Positions 1 to 8,711 of a stretch of DNA of 46,302 nt are shown here, in pieces (within the stretch, counting starts at the first letter, position 1; every line of letters starts with the position of its first letter). Position numbers and translations under genes: made by a program. The notes below the pieces were generated by a model, which was not told where the DNA came from, searched no databases, and worked only from the letters and a program-made list of their open reading frames with translations. The stretch lies in IMG/VR virus record IMGVR_UViG_3300024254_000003, positions 1 through 46,302 of that record; one strand, written 5' to 3'. The DNA is from a virus. Lineage: Duplodnaviria > Caudoviricetes.

Positions 1-127
1 CAAGCATAAACAAGCTAGCGCACGAAAATGTAGATGCAATCGTGGCAAACATGATTGATCAAGCCCAGAAAGCACAAGCCAAAGAAGAAGATAAAGCAAA
101 ATCACGCAGTTTCGACGAACTTACCAA
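1..127. repeat. Terminal direct repeat (identical to 46176-46302); circular-assembly overlap
   Basis: caagcataaa...gaacttaccaa occurs at both ends. 127 bp matches a common assembler k-mer, and an ORF reads through the junction. Confidence 0.95.
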
Positions 128-148
128 ACAGCCTACCTTTCAATGACC

Positions 149-174
149 AAAAAAAGCCCCGTTTATAGCGGGGC
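149..174 (-). terminator. Intrinsic terminator between convergent genes
   Basis: GCCCCG-tttatag-CGGGGC hairpin (156-174) preceded by an A7 tract, which is a U tract on the minus strand. Confidence 0.75.
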
Positions 175-205
175 AAATTGATATCACGGGAAAAACAATG
201 CACAA

Positions 206-388
206 CTATGATAAACCGTTGGCTAGCTCTTTTTCAAGCTGTATCAGATGATTAATTTCGTATTCTTTACGATTAATCAGTATCTTGCTCTTGCCGTGTA
301 GAAGCGCTAGCACAAGCATTTTCTTCGCGTGGTTTGATCTTAAAAACTCAATCAATTTTTGGTCTAACATTGAAAATCCTTTTTGCAC
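206..388 (-). CDS. Hypothetical protein (likely start ATG at 370)
   Basis: ORF track; AAGGA RBS precedes ATG 370. Confidence 0.55.
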   Translation of the reverse strand: MQKGFSMLDQKLIEFLRSNHAKKMLVLALLHGKSKILINRKEYEINHLIQLEKELANGLS

Positions 389-426
389 AGGTTGTTAACA
401 GGGTTATGCACCGTTTCTGTGGATAA
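381..426. promoter_or_regulatory. Cluster of DnaA-box-like 9-mers
   Basis: TGTGGATAA at 418-426 is a perfect TTATCCACA on the minus strand; TTTTGCACA at 381-389; TTATGCACC at 404-412. Confidence 0.45.
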
Positions 427-430
427 GTGG

Positions 431-685
431 TTAATGAAGCCCTACTTCTTGTTTGATCGCTGACCTTATACGTTCAACAACTTTTTGATCGTCGTCAGAG
501 AGCTTGCCGTTAAACTTGATTAAACTAAGCTCTGGGTCAAAGCTCATGACATTCGTACAAGCAATACAAACGGTCAGATCGCCCGGCTTAGGCTTTGCAG
601 CGATATCATTGAAGCATACTTGATTATCGATTTTGTGAGAACAGTACGGGCATTTCTGCTCTTTAATTTTGTAATACTCTCTCAT
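431..685 (-). CDS. Small Zn-ribbon protein
   Basis: CPYC...CIAC pair; overlaps neighbouring ORF by 4 nt. Confidence 0.7.
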   Translation of the reverse strand: MREYYKIKEQKCPYCSHKIDNQVCFNDIAAKPKPGDLTVCIACTNVMSFDPELSLIKFNGKLSDDDQKVVERIRSAIKQEVGLH

Positions 686-885
686 GCTGTAGCACCTAAA
701 ATTGTGAACAGATGCTGCATTCGAAAATCTCTATCCTGTGCGGTTTTAAACGATTCTTTATATAGATGACCTTTGAAAGTTTCAACGTAAATCGAGTATG
801 GCAATTGCTGATTCACTTCAAAATTGGGGGTGATCTCTGCAACGTTGTTAAATGCAATTAACGAATCTGAAAACTTAAATAACAT
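682..885 (-). CDS. Hypothetical protein
   Basis: Translationally coupled ORF in leftward run; GGAG RBS. Confidence 0.65.
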   Translation of the reverse strand: MLFKFSDSLIAFNNVAEITPNFEVNQQLPYSIYVETFKGHLYKESFKTAQDRDFRMQHLFTILGATA

Positions 886-1138
886 CTTCTTCCTCTCCTC
901 TTCTGCTTTCTAAAACTTTGAGAATTGTATTGCGAAAACCGTCTAATGCCACTATTTTACCATCAATGGTTTCTTTAATGTTTCCATCGATGACAGCCAG
1001 CACAACTTGCGCCAATGCGTAGCTATGCATCAAGTAGCGCTCTTTTACGTCCTCAACATCTTGGTTTGCGTGCAATATCTCAATAAAATATTGGGCTAGG
1101 TGCGTGGATTTAACAAATAATAGTGCTTTGTCTGTCAT
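875..1138 (-). CDS. Hypothetical protein
   Basis: Coupled ORF with RBS. Confidence 0.65.
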   Translation of the reverse strand: MTDKALLFVKSTHLAQYFIEILHANQDVEDVKERYLMHSYALAQVVLAVIDGNIKETIDGKIVALDGFRNTILKVLESRRGEEEDVI

Positions 1139-1404
1139 GCTTTTGATTCCTCTTTTTCGATTAAATATAGTAAGAAGTCTAACGATTCTTTGTGAAAATA
1201 TTCTAATAGTTTTATTTTAGAATGACGTTGCTCATCGACAACCACCGTATCTATAATCAAGCTAATTACTTTTGATAAAGTATGAGAACATAACACATAC
1301 TTTTCCTGGCCATTTTTTGCTATGTCATGAAAAGTGTCATCTAATATTATAATTATTTTATTAATTGTTTTCTCTATTAAATCAATTTGTTCATCTACGT
1401 TCAT
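1135..1404 (-). CDS. Hypothetical protein (possibly a distant paralog of 875-1138)
   Basis: Similar length and similar motif (YVLCSHTLSKVI versus YLMHSYALAQVV). Confidence 0.65.
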   Translation of the reverse strand: MNVDEQIDLIEKTINKIIIILDDTFHDIAKNGQEKYVLCSHTLSKVISLIIDTVVVDEQRHSKIKLLEYFHKESLDFLLYLIEKEESKA

Positions 1405-1417
1405 ATTAGTTCCTTAA

Positions 1418-1942
1418 TTAGAAAAGTTTTTCAAAATCTTCGTCGTTTACAATCTGGAGAGTCGCTTTTCTGGCGCGTAGTTTGTGCGGTTTAGGGCCTA
1501 AGGGGAAATCAATCATTGGCTCTGGAAATAATTCACGCTTAAAAATCTCCTCAACAAGTGAGTGGCATTCGTCAAAAAATAATAATAATTTTTGTGGTGT
1601 TAATGCTTTATAAACCTGACGTTCTTTTACGTCAGTTATACCATTTAGACATGGACTTTCTGAAAATGCAAAAGTATGTCCATTTGCCCCTTGCTTGAAT
1701 GCAACAATTAAATGCGGCGAACAATAAGGAACAGGCACACAACTCATTGCGATATGCGTAACATCACCTTCCCATAAAGATTCAACGCTTAATGCGGCCA
1801 TAAATCCTTTAATTAAAAATTTCTTTAATTGTTGCTCTGTTAAATAATCACCGTTGGGATACTTTTTGCCAAGCTGTAAATAATCCTGAATAGATAACAT
1901 TGGATCGAAAAAGTCGATCACGCATAAGTCATATATATACAT
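1418..1942 (-). CDS. Hypothetical protein
   Basis: 174 aa ORF in operon. Confidence 0.7.
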   Translation of the reverse strand: MYIYDLCVIDFFDPMLSIQDYLQLGKKYPNGDYLTEQQLKKFLIKGFMAALSVESLWEGDVTHIAMSCVPVPYCSPHLIVAFKQGANGHTFAFSESPCLNGITDVKERQVYKALTPQKLLLFFDECHSLVEEIFKRELFPEPMIDFPLGPKPHKLRARKATLQIVNDEDFEKLF

Positions 1943-1945
1943 AGT

Positions 1946-2329
1946 TTAAATTCCTATAGTTGCGTTGCTTAAATCAATCTCTAAGGTTTCATTGTCTATA
2001 TGCTCAAAGCTTAATATCGTTGTGCTTTTTAATTTATAATAAGTATTGAAGCGATTCGTATACGCGACATTATAGAATGCACCGCACCCTTGGTAAGATA
2101 GTTTTAAGCCTGTAGCAGGGTCATGACTGTTTTTAATGCGTACGATGTGACGATTTGAACGCTTAGAATATAACTCAACTCTATCGCCTGATTTTAACCC
2201 TATTCTGTTAGCTAAATCGGTGCCGAAATATAGATTGATAATAACGGCATTGTTTTCCGTCTTATATGCCCGCATCGCAACGAGATTTCGATTGTCTTTA
2301 CTGCCTCTCACGAACTTTTTTTCCTGCAT
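1946..2329 (-). CDS. Hypothetical protein, possible AbrB-like DNA-binding domain
   Basis: LANRIGLKSGDRVEL resembles the AbrB/MazE motif; GAGGA RBS. Confidence 0.5.
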   Translation of the reverse strand: MQEKKFVRGSKDNRNLVAMRAYKTENNAVIINLYFGTDLANRIGLKSGDRVELYSKRSNRHIVRIKNSHDPATGLKLSYQGCGAFYNVAYTNRFNTYYKLKSTTILSFEHIDNETLEIDLSNATIGI

Positions 2330-2426
2330 GATACATTCCTCAGTGATTGAAAAAATTTTTTATTACAACCATTTACAACTTGATTACTTTCGTTGATAAT
2401 CGTAACCTAATTGGAGATTCATTACA

Positions 2427-2618
2427 ATGACAAAAAGTAAAAAAATAGAAGAAAAATGCAAAGTTAAGAAGTGCACGCGCAATGCGGTTACCCTAGAACA
2501 TCTTTTATGCTGGCAACACTACAAAGTTTTTTTATCAACCGGAAAAGTTCCTAACTATAAGCTACGTTTATATAGACCTATTCCAGTTTTCCCCGAATTA
2601 AATAAGGATATTGAATGA
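2427..2618 (+). CDS. Small Cys/His protein
   Basis: CxxxxC...CxxH; GGAG RBS; first gene of rightward replication operon. Confidence 0.6.
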   Translation: MTKSKKIEEKCKVKKCTRNAVTLEHLLCWQHYKVFLSTGKVPNYKLRLYRPIPVFPELNKDIE

Positions 2619-2806
2619 ATCGATGGCAATTATATTTAAAGATTAAGAACCTTTTGTGCCACTTCGGCGCCATTCCTGATAACGAACAAGATTATAACTT
2701 GCTCGTTGATGCGCTGCTACGCACTTATGATAGACCTAGAGGGCACTCTATAAATAAGGAGAGCAAAATATTATGCGACAACTGCCGCCATATTCAAGAC
2801 ATGTGA
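2615..2806 (+). CDS. Hypothetical protein
   Basis: ATGA overlap with upstream ORF. Confidence 0.55.
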   Translation: MNRWQLYLKIKNLLCHFGAIPDNEQDYNLLVDALLRTYDRPRGHSINKESKILCDNCRHIQDM

Positions 2807-3099
2807 AAGACGCTTTAGAAGCTGGACATTTCAATGAGATTTATATTTTCATTGGTCAACACGCTTGGAAAAAAGGACAAAATTTTTCCGCCTTTAGACC
2901 TGCGTTAGTTTTGCCGCCTTGGCACTCTGCTCAAGCTTATGATTGGTCACTCGTTAAATATCGTCATCTTTTGATTATCGACACCGGATATTCTGAGCTA
3001 GACTATTTCGACGAGATTGCGCGAGAATGTTTTATGTTTGAAGCTGTTTGTATCGCTGCGATTAATGATCGAGATGAGTTTTTTAAGTATCACAAGTAG
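2773..3099 (+). CDS. Hypothetical protein upstream of helicase (possible replication accessory)
   Basis: AAGGAG RBS; position. Confidence 0.65.
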   Translation: MRQLPPYSRHVKDALEAGHFNEIYIFIGQHAWKKGQNFSAFRPALVLPPWHSAQAYDWSLVKYRHLLIIDTGYSELDYFDEIARECFMFEAVCIAAINDRDEFFKYHK

Positions 3100-3146
3100 A
3101 TTATTGGGTATTTTTTTGCTTTGTTTTTAATGCTAAGGATTTACGG

Positions 3147-4217
3147 ATGGCAGCACAGGATAGAAAAGCAGGCGTTAAGGGGTTAGCTTATATATGCGCG
3201 CGGGATATACAAACAACACGTATTAACTGGCTCTGGGAAAATAGAATTGCGAAAGGCAAAGTCACGATGTTTGCCGGTGAAGGCGGCAAAGGTAAAAGCA
3301 CCGTGCTTGCTTATCTTACTTCGCTTATCACTCGAGGCGCGTCATTTCCCGTCGATAATTCGGCCATGTCTCGTGGAAAAGTCGTAATCTTGTCGGCAGA
3401 AGATGGCGAGGGCGATACTATTAAACCTCGGTTATGCGCTTCTAATGCTGAACTTGACAAAGTTTTTGTACTACGAGGCACAGAAGAATATGATAGTCGC
3501 GGGAATGTAGTTTATTCGCCTGTGACGTTAGATACAGATATCAGCCGCATTGATGATGTGCTAACAGAGATTGGTGGCGTGGTGCTGCTGATTATCGATC
3601 CTATTACCGCGTATTTAGGGAAAATAAAGGATCACAATAATAGCGAGGTTCGTATGTTAATCTCGCGCTTGACTATGATTGCCGAAAAACATCAGTTGGC
3701 TATTATTCTCAATACCCATTTATCCAAAGCAGCCGAAGGCTCAAAGCGCTCTGCCGCGGCTCGTATCACCGGCTCTATTGCTTACGTAAACGCCGCTCGA
3801 GCGGTTTATCTCTTCGCTGAAGACCCCGACAACCCAGGTGAAAAGCGTGTCATTATCCCCGTTAAAAACAATATAGGCAAAGACTCAGACGGCTATCGAT
3901 ATGCGGTTAAACAATGCACAATAGATGATGGGATTGTGGCAAATTATGTTGAGTTTGATAGCGAGCTTGTAACGGATCGTGCCGATGATATTGTTGCCGG
4001 TGAGGGTGCAAATTCAAAAGCGAAAAAAGTTGAGGCTGAAGAATTTTTGATCGACATACTCAAATACGGGAGCGTCTCTGCTTCTGAGATACTCAAAAAA
4101 GGAAATGAACAAGGTTTCTCCAATGCAACCCTGTATCGTGTTAAAAAAGATCTGAACATTAAAGATGCACAAGCGGTCGGTGGAAGGCATAAAATCTGGT
4201 TTTTTGGCGCTGATTAA
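3147..4217 (+). CDS. AAA_25/RepA-like replicative helicase with C-terminal winged-helix origin-binding region
   Basis: WLW motif; Walker A GEGGKGKST; SAED; Walker B LLIIDP; H-x-SK; GS...AAR; KNN; adjacent to iteron array. Confidence 0.85.
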   Translation: MAAQDRKAGVKGLAYICARDIQTTRINWLWENRIAKGKVTMFAGEGGKGKSTVLAYLTSLITRGASFPVDNSAMSRGKVVILSAEDGEGDTIKPRLCASNAELDKVFVLRGTEEYDSRGNVVYSPVTLDTDISRIDDVLTEIGGVVLLIIDPITAYLGKIKDHNNSEVRMLISRLTMIAEKHQLAIILNTHLSKAAEGSKRSAAARITGSIAYVNAARAVYLFAEDPDNPGEKRVIIPVKNNIGKDSDGYRYAVKQCTIDDGIVANYVEFDSELVTDRADDIVAGEGANSKAKKVEAEEFLIDILKYGSVSASEILKKGNEQGFSNATLYRVKKDLNIKDAQAVGGRHKIWFFGAD

Positions 4218-4221
4218 ATAA

Positions 4222-4706
4222 TCACTTCTCTGGTAAATGGTCACTTCTCAACCCGATGATTTTAAGTGGGTGAGAAGTGAACAGTATTTTATATTATCTA
4301 TTTTGTTTTTTCTGTTTAATTCCTGTGTGTACCATTTTTTATCATGCCGTTTTTGGCAGTTTTTTGTATAGATAATTTTTACATTTGGTTTAGTTATGGA
4401 ACTTATATGTACTGTTCACTTCTCAACCACAGGGTTTTTGAGAGGTCTTGAGAAGTGAATCGCACATCTCCCTACGCTCTATGTGAGAAGTGAGAAGTAA
4501 TTAAGAAGTGAAGTGTGAAGCGCCCTAGCGGCGTGGCTTGCGAGACTGATTGATCACTTCTCAAGCAGTGAGAAGTGATTGAGAAGTGATTGAGAAGTGC
4601 TGTTCACTTCTCACCCATGTGCCTCGTGAGAAGTGATTGAGAAGTGATATAACTATATGAAATATATATATATATATATATATAAGAGGGGGGTATAATC
4701 ACTTCT
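4222..4706. repeat. Iteron array / probable replication origin
   Basis: About 13 exact and 3 near copies of GAGAAGTGA in both orientations, some in 11-bp tandem, plus an AT-rich tract and a (TA)n run at ~4662-4684; non-coding; directly after the helicase. Confidence 0.8.
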
Positions 4707-4734
4707 CACACACTTACACAGAGAGAGGTGAGAG

Positions 4735-5088
4735 GTGAGGGAGACAAATAGATCAAATACTAGACAAGTAAGTATAGATATCAGGGTTAAAAAGGCCATT
4801 CTTAGAGATAAAATCATACAATTGGGTAAAGCTTACTCAGAAGACAAAACTTTTTTAGAAAATTACGCCGAAAACGTTATTCTGGAAAATGAAAAAAATT
4901 TGGATATCGCTATAAACTGCTTTACAGACTTACTACAGCGCGCAGAGATTTTAGGGGTACATACTAGGCCGGAAATGCAAAAGCCCCGTAAAAACGATAT
5001 ACGGGGCTTCAGTGGGGTAGATAACGGGGGTGCTACTTATAACGGCGAGGTCGGATGGGTTTTGCAGCGTCCTTTTGTTCATCGGTGA
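4735..5088 (+). CDS. Hypothetical protein
   Basis: GTG start with GAGG RBS; 117 aa. Confidence 0.5.
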   Translation: MRETNRSNTRQVSIDIRVKKAILRDKIIQLGKAYSEDKTFLENYAENVILENEKNLDIAINCFTDLLQRAEILGVHTRPEMQKPRKNDIRGFSGVDNGGATYNGEVGWVLQRPFVHR

Positions 5089-5485
5089 TAGGGTCGCTTG
5101 GAGTATCAACAACGACCCTGATTTTTTGCGATTTGGAAAAATGTTGCTCAAAGCCTTGGAGCTTATAAGCCAGCAATTCCAACATCTGAGGCGGCATGTT
5201 TCTATGCGCTGGTGACAAGATTGGCAAAAGCCATGCTTTCAACGTGTGAAGCGACACCCCCAGTAATTTTGCCAAGTCTTCGCGTTGCATGTCATAAGAC
5301 TTTAACGCGTGAAGCAAAATCTTTTGCGATGTGGTGAAAAGCCGGTCAGCTTTAAATCGCGTAGCGCTAGAGATTTGTCTGCTGTCATGTTTAGATGTGA
5401 TCGGCTTTGGCTCCTTTGGCGGTTTAGCTGGTTTAGGGTTTTTAAATTCCTTAATCTTGTTTCGTCTGTCCTGTCTGTAAACCAT
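5033..5485 (-). CDS. HTH (XRE-like) DNA-binding protein with basic N-terminus
   Basis: REDLAKLLGVSLHTLKAWL helix-turn-helix; GGAG RBS. Confidence 0.7.
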   Translation of the reverse strand: MVYRQDRRNKIKEFKNPKPAKPPKEPKPITSKHDSRQISSATRFKADRLFTTSQKILLHALKSYDMQREDLAKLLGVSLHTLKAWLLPILSPAHRNMPPQMLELLAYKLQGFEQHFSKSQKIRVVVDTPSDPITDEQKDAAKPIRPRRYK

Positions 5486-5576
5486 TTGTTATGCGCTCCA
5501 GTGTAAAATCAATTTGTAAAAAATTCCGGTATACATAGCGAATAATAGCAAATAACAACCATAATTTAAAAATTTG

Positions 5577-5717
5577 TTAGTCATTTTTTTTGCTCCATGT
5601 GTTAAAAATTTCGTTAAAAGACCAACCGCTGATTAAGCAAAGAGTGGCTATATCTCCAAAGCCAAAGCTTATCGCTGCTGTTACAACCAGTGCGCAAAAT
5701 ACTTCAAATTTTTTCAT
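5577..5717 (-). CDS. Small hydrophobic protein (46 aa, not in ORF track)
   Basis: MKKFEVFCALVVTAAISFGFG...; ATGA-coupled; GGAG RBS. Confidence 0.45.
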   Translation of the reverse strand: MKKFEVFCALVVTAAISFGFGDIATLCLISGWSFNEIFNTWSKKND

Positions 5718-5881
5718 AATTTTATCTCCATTAGTTCGTCGGATTGTTGATGCTGAATTTCGTCAAGCAAATTTCTTATTTCTATAATGCATGTATTATC
5801 GGGATGAGCAAAAGGATATTTGCCCGCGATAATTGTTAAAAAACTTATCAACGCTTGAATCTGTTTTTCTGATATTTTCAT
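5714..5881 (-). CDS. Hypothetical protein (55 aa, not in ORF track)
   Basis: MKISEKQIQALISFL...; AGGAG RBS; ATGA-coupled. Confidence 0.55.
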   Translation of the reverse strand: MKISEKQIQALISFLTIIAGKYPFAHPDNTCIIEIRNLLDEIQHQQSDELMEIKL

Positions 5882-6018
5882 GATATGTTCTCCTGTTTCT
5901 GATAATTGAAATGTTCTTTGTCACAACAACTACGCGGATATCCGCATTCGTCATCAAAAAACATGCCACAAGTCTCACACATTAAACCGTTAATCATCAT
6001 ATCTGCTATATCTCCCAT
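5878..6018 (-). CDS. Small Cys-rich phage protein (46 aa, not in ORF track)
   Basis: MGDIADMMINGLMCETCG...GYPRSC; AGGAG RBS. Confidence 0.65.
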   Translation of the reverse strand: MGDIADMMINGLMCETCGMFFDDECGYPRSCCDKEHFNYQKQENIS

Positions 6019-6029
6019 TTTTTTGGCTC

Positions 6030-6248
6030 CTATACTTGTTCGTGTTCATTATATTTAGTTGTTAATGGTCTATAATCTTCGGGTGATTGTTGACCGCATG
6101 ACTTGCATTTGAATTTTGGTATAACGTTGCGATGAAAGTTGTCATCATCATAGCAACCATGTACCTCGTAAGTTACTTGACAATGCTCGCATTCAAATAT
6201 CGCTGAAAAATCTCTTCTATGCTGTGATGTTATACGTTTGATCTTCAT
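6030..6248 (-). CDS. Zn-finger phage protein
   Basis: RRDF...CEHC...YDD.NFH..VIP...CKSCG. Confidence 0.75.
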   Translation of the reverse strand: MKIKRITSQHRRDFSAIFECEHCQVTYEVHGCYDDDNFHRNVIPKFKCKSCGQQSPEDYRPLTTKYNEHEQV

Positions 6249-6259
6249 TTTTTTGGCTC

Positions 6260-6421
6260 CTATTCTTCGATTAATTCAACGGGTCTTATTTCGCAAGCAC
6301 AGTCTTTTTTGTAGATGCTCCAGTATTTTAAAGCTACCTCTTTTGTGCTGTAGACTTCATGAATCGGGATTCTATTAATCGCATTTTCATGCGGGACTAT
6401 TATGTAATATTCTTTGTTCAT
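6260..6421 (-). CDS. Hypothetical protein (53 aa, not in ORF track)
   Basis: MNKEYYIIVPHE...; AAGGAGCCAAAAAAATG leader. Confidence 0.6.
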   Translation of the reverse strand: MNKEYYIIVPHENAINRIPIHEVYSTKEVALKYWSIYKKDCACEIRPVELIEE

Positions 6422-6462
6422 TTTTTTGGCTCCTTAGTGCGCCGTGGCGCGGTTGTTAAATG

Positions 6463-6723
6463 TTATAATTTATTCATGGTAGATCGAGATTCTGGATCAA
6501 GATAATAAAAGGTTTCTTTATTTATCTTATACATTGCCATGTTATATCCCCACTTAGTTTTGTGATTTTTTGGCCAATAAACCCAATAATCTGGAATCTC
6601 GTTTATCTGATATCTTCCTTTTGACCCAATGTATCTTTTTTCAAATTGTTCAAAATCTTCTATATCTTTTTTGTTAGAGCATTTAATTATTTTGAATAGT
6701 TCTTGTTTTGTCAGTAGTTGCAT
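6463..6723 (-). CDS. Hypothetical protein
   Basis: ORF with AAGGA RBS in cassette region. Confidence 0.7.
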   Translation of the reverse strand: MQLLTKQELFKIIKCSNKKDIEDFEQFEKRYIGSKGRYQINEIPDYWVYWPKNHKTKWGYNMAMYKINKETFYYLDPESRSTMNKL

Positions 6724-6766
6724 TGTTTCATTTCCTTTAGTTAGCGGGCTTGCGCCCGCGGGGTTG

Positions 6767-7174
6767 TTATTCGGATTGAGTTGTGAAAATGTGATTGTCT
6801 TTTAGCAATTTTGCTAGCATTAAGTCTTGTTGTTTATTGTTAATTATTAACGATTCTTTGCCGCCCTCTTTGTATATAGTGACGGGCTGTGCGTCTGTTA
6901 GAAAAATACCGGTGGATGTTTTTTCTAGTATGATGCTTGTTGCTCGGCGATTGTATTTATAAGCGTTGGGCACAGAATCACCGCTAGTGCTTGCAAACTT
7001 TGACCCTACTTGATCTTTCTTGTTTAGCAGCTTATTTAACTGATGAGAGAATCTGTCAGCAACTTGCTTGATTTCTTCGTAGTGATTATAGCAATGCTGT
7101 GCGGCTTTGCCGTTGATCTCGTTTAATAGCGTTTCAACTTTAGCTTTGTTGGATAGTTGAATTTTGATTTTCAT
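6767..7174 (-). CDS. Hypothetical protein
   Basis: 135 aa; AAGGA RBS. Confidence 0.75.
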   Translation of the reverse strand: MKIKIQLSNKAKVETLLNEINGKAAQHCYNHYEEIKQVADRFSHQLNKLLNKKDQVGSKFASTSGDSVPNAYKYNRRATSIILEKTSTGIFLTDAQPVTIYKEGGKESLIINNKQQDLMLAKLLKDNHIFTTQSE

Positions 7175-7224
7175 AGTGATTTTTCCTTTTGTTAGTTAAG
7201 CCGCCTCGCGGCGGCGATAAATTG

Positions 7225-7461
7225 TTATTCAATGTCAGTATTTAAACTAAAAATCCATTCATTGTTAATTTTGTTATAATCGTGATAAGATTTTTTAGAA
7301 TAAAAATAATTTTTATATATTCTTAACGTAGCTAATTCACTGCCGTATGCATAATAAAAACCTTTTACAAATTCTACTCTAATCGGTTCTTTTGCCATTG
7401 CTTCCCACATGTCTTGCATTCTTTTTAAATATTGTGGAGAGGAATAATTTAAAATTGTCAT
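7225..7461 (-). CDS. Hypothetical protein
   Basis: ORF with AAGGA RBS. Confidence 0.7.
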   Translation of the reverse strand: MTILNYSSPQYLKRMQDMWEAMAKEPIRVEFVKGFYYAYGSELATLRIYKNYFYSKKSYHDYNKINNEWIFSLNTDIE

Positions 7462-7493
7462 TGTGTTTTTTCCTTTTGTTAATTGATTAATTT

Positions 7494-7691
7494 TTATAAC
7501 GCTTTGACTGTGTAAACGTCCCAGTTGCAGTTGTTTGACTCATCGCAATCGTCGGCTATGATGTCCCATAAAACTTTGTAGTCATTCCCGTCTTTGTCCG
7601 TTGCATGAGCCTCGTAAGTTAAACCATTGTCGCTGATATGTGCGTGCTGCGTTAAAGTTAATTCAATGCCGTTGTGTTTGATTGTGTTCAT
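7494..7691 (-). CDS. Small acidic hypothetical protein
   Basis: ORF with AAGGA RBS; D/E-rich. Confidence 0.7.
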   Translation of the reverse strand: MNTIKHNGIELTLTQHAHISDNGLTYEAHATDKDGNDYKVLWDIIADDCDESNNCNWDVYTVKAL

Positions 7692-7718
7692 TGTGATTTC
7701 CTTTTGTTTATGTTGGGG

Positions 7719-7955
7719 TTACCATTCGCCATAGGTGCAAAGCGGGAAGCATTTGCACGTTTTTGAATGTTCTTTTATGTCGCTAATCTTCTGTGCTTCG
7801 TTAGCGTAGTAATGCTTTTGCCAGCCGCTTCTCGTTGCTGCGCCACTTAGCAATTCAACACAGCGCGGGCACTCCTTATCTTTGCGACCGAATGCCATTT
7901 TGCATTCGGTACTGTGTTTTAGTTCGCCTTGTTTTGTGTAAAGTGGTTGATACAT
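7719..7955 (-). CDS. Cys/His-rich small protein
   Basis: H...C...FGRKD..CPRC; first gene after promoter at 7985-8012. Confidence 0.7.
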   Translation of the reverse strand: MYQPLYTKQGELKHSTECKMAFGRKDKECPRCVELLSGAATRSGWQKHYYANEAQKISDIKEHSKTCKCFPLCTYGEW

Positions 7956-7984
7956 TTTGTTGCTCTCCGTTAATCTATAATCTC

Positions 7985-8012
7985 ATTGTACACCATTTTG
8001 TAATATTAGCAA
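7985..8012 (-). promoter_or_regulatory. sigma70-type early promoter
   Basis: TTGCTA-16 bp-TACAAT on the minus strand. Confidence 0.65.
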
Positions 8013-8022
8013 GTAATTTTTT

Positions 8023-8541
8023 TTAGATGTGACTGAATACGTGAGTCATACCATTAGCTTCAATGCTGAAAAAATCATTGATAAAATAATTGCGTGCCAT
8101 TTTTTCGTAATCGATGTAGTATTCTAAGTGCTTTGGTATTTCTATCGTTTGTTCTGTTAGCTCAATCACAAAATCTTCTTCGCTTTTGTATGCCCCGTGA
8201 TAGTTATCTTCTAAGCATGTCTTTGCATCATCAAAATCATTGCTAAAATGTGCTAAGACTTCCGCGCCTAATTCACCGTGCTCGCTGATAAACATTGCGT
8301 ACTCAACCAGGGTTTCAACGCCTGTATATTCGCTTATTTGTATGCTGCCAAAGCCCTCGAAGTCGTGTATTGCCCATTCTTCAGCACTAAAAGCGGGGCT
8401 GGTTTTCAAGATGTGCTGGATTTTCTCGTTGACGTTATCAGCGGTATCAACATCGATCCACTTGCCGTGAAGATGGCCTTCGTTATAGGCTGCTAAGCAA
8501 GCTATATATACGCGAGGTGTTGTTGTTTGTGCATTTAACAT
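8023..8541 (-). CDS. ardA: ArdA anti-restriction protein (DNA mimic against type I RM)
   Basis: PRVYIACLAAYNEGHLHGKWID, EEWAIHDFEGF, IPKHLEYYIDYEKMAR; highly acidic. Confidence 0.92.
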   Translation of the reverse strand: MLNAQTTTPRVYIACLAAYNEGHLHGKWIDVDTADNVNEKIQHILKTSPAFSAEEWAIHDFEGFGSIQISEYTGVETLVEYAMFISEHGELGAEVLAHFSNDFDDAKTCLEDNYHGAYKSEEDFVIELTEQTIEIPKHLEYYIDYEKMARNYFINDFFSIEANGMTHVFSHI

Positions 8542-8680
8542 ACGTTTGATTCCTTTTTGTTCAGTTATTAAGTTAAAATGTTAGTTTGGGTTAAATATTG
8601 TGCAGTTTGGTGCTCTTTTTAAGCCCTGGCGCGTCGATGCGCGCCCTGTTGCATATTTTTCCGCAATCTCCATAGTGTTC

Positions 8681-8708
8681 ATTGTACATCAATTTGTAAT
8701 AATGTCAA
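8681..8708 (-). promoter_or_regulatory. sigma70-type promoter upstream of ardA
   Basis: TTGACA-16 bp-TACAAT on the minus strand. Confidence 0.75.
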
Positions 8709-8711
8709 CAC

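Noticed and set aside
1-127. Biological terminal repeat or attL/attR
   Set aside because: An exact 127-bp overlap in the middle of an ORF is the signature of a circular assembly k-mer, not evidence of virion ends
4222-4706. CRISPR array
   Set aside because: Repeats are only 9-11 bp, in both orientations and irregularly spaced, and there are no cas genes; they fit iterons
8532-8560. dif/XerD site (ATTTAACATA)
   Set aside because: It is simply the ardA start (ATGTTAAAT) and has no matching XerC arm
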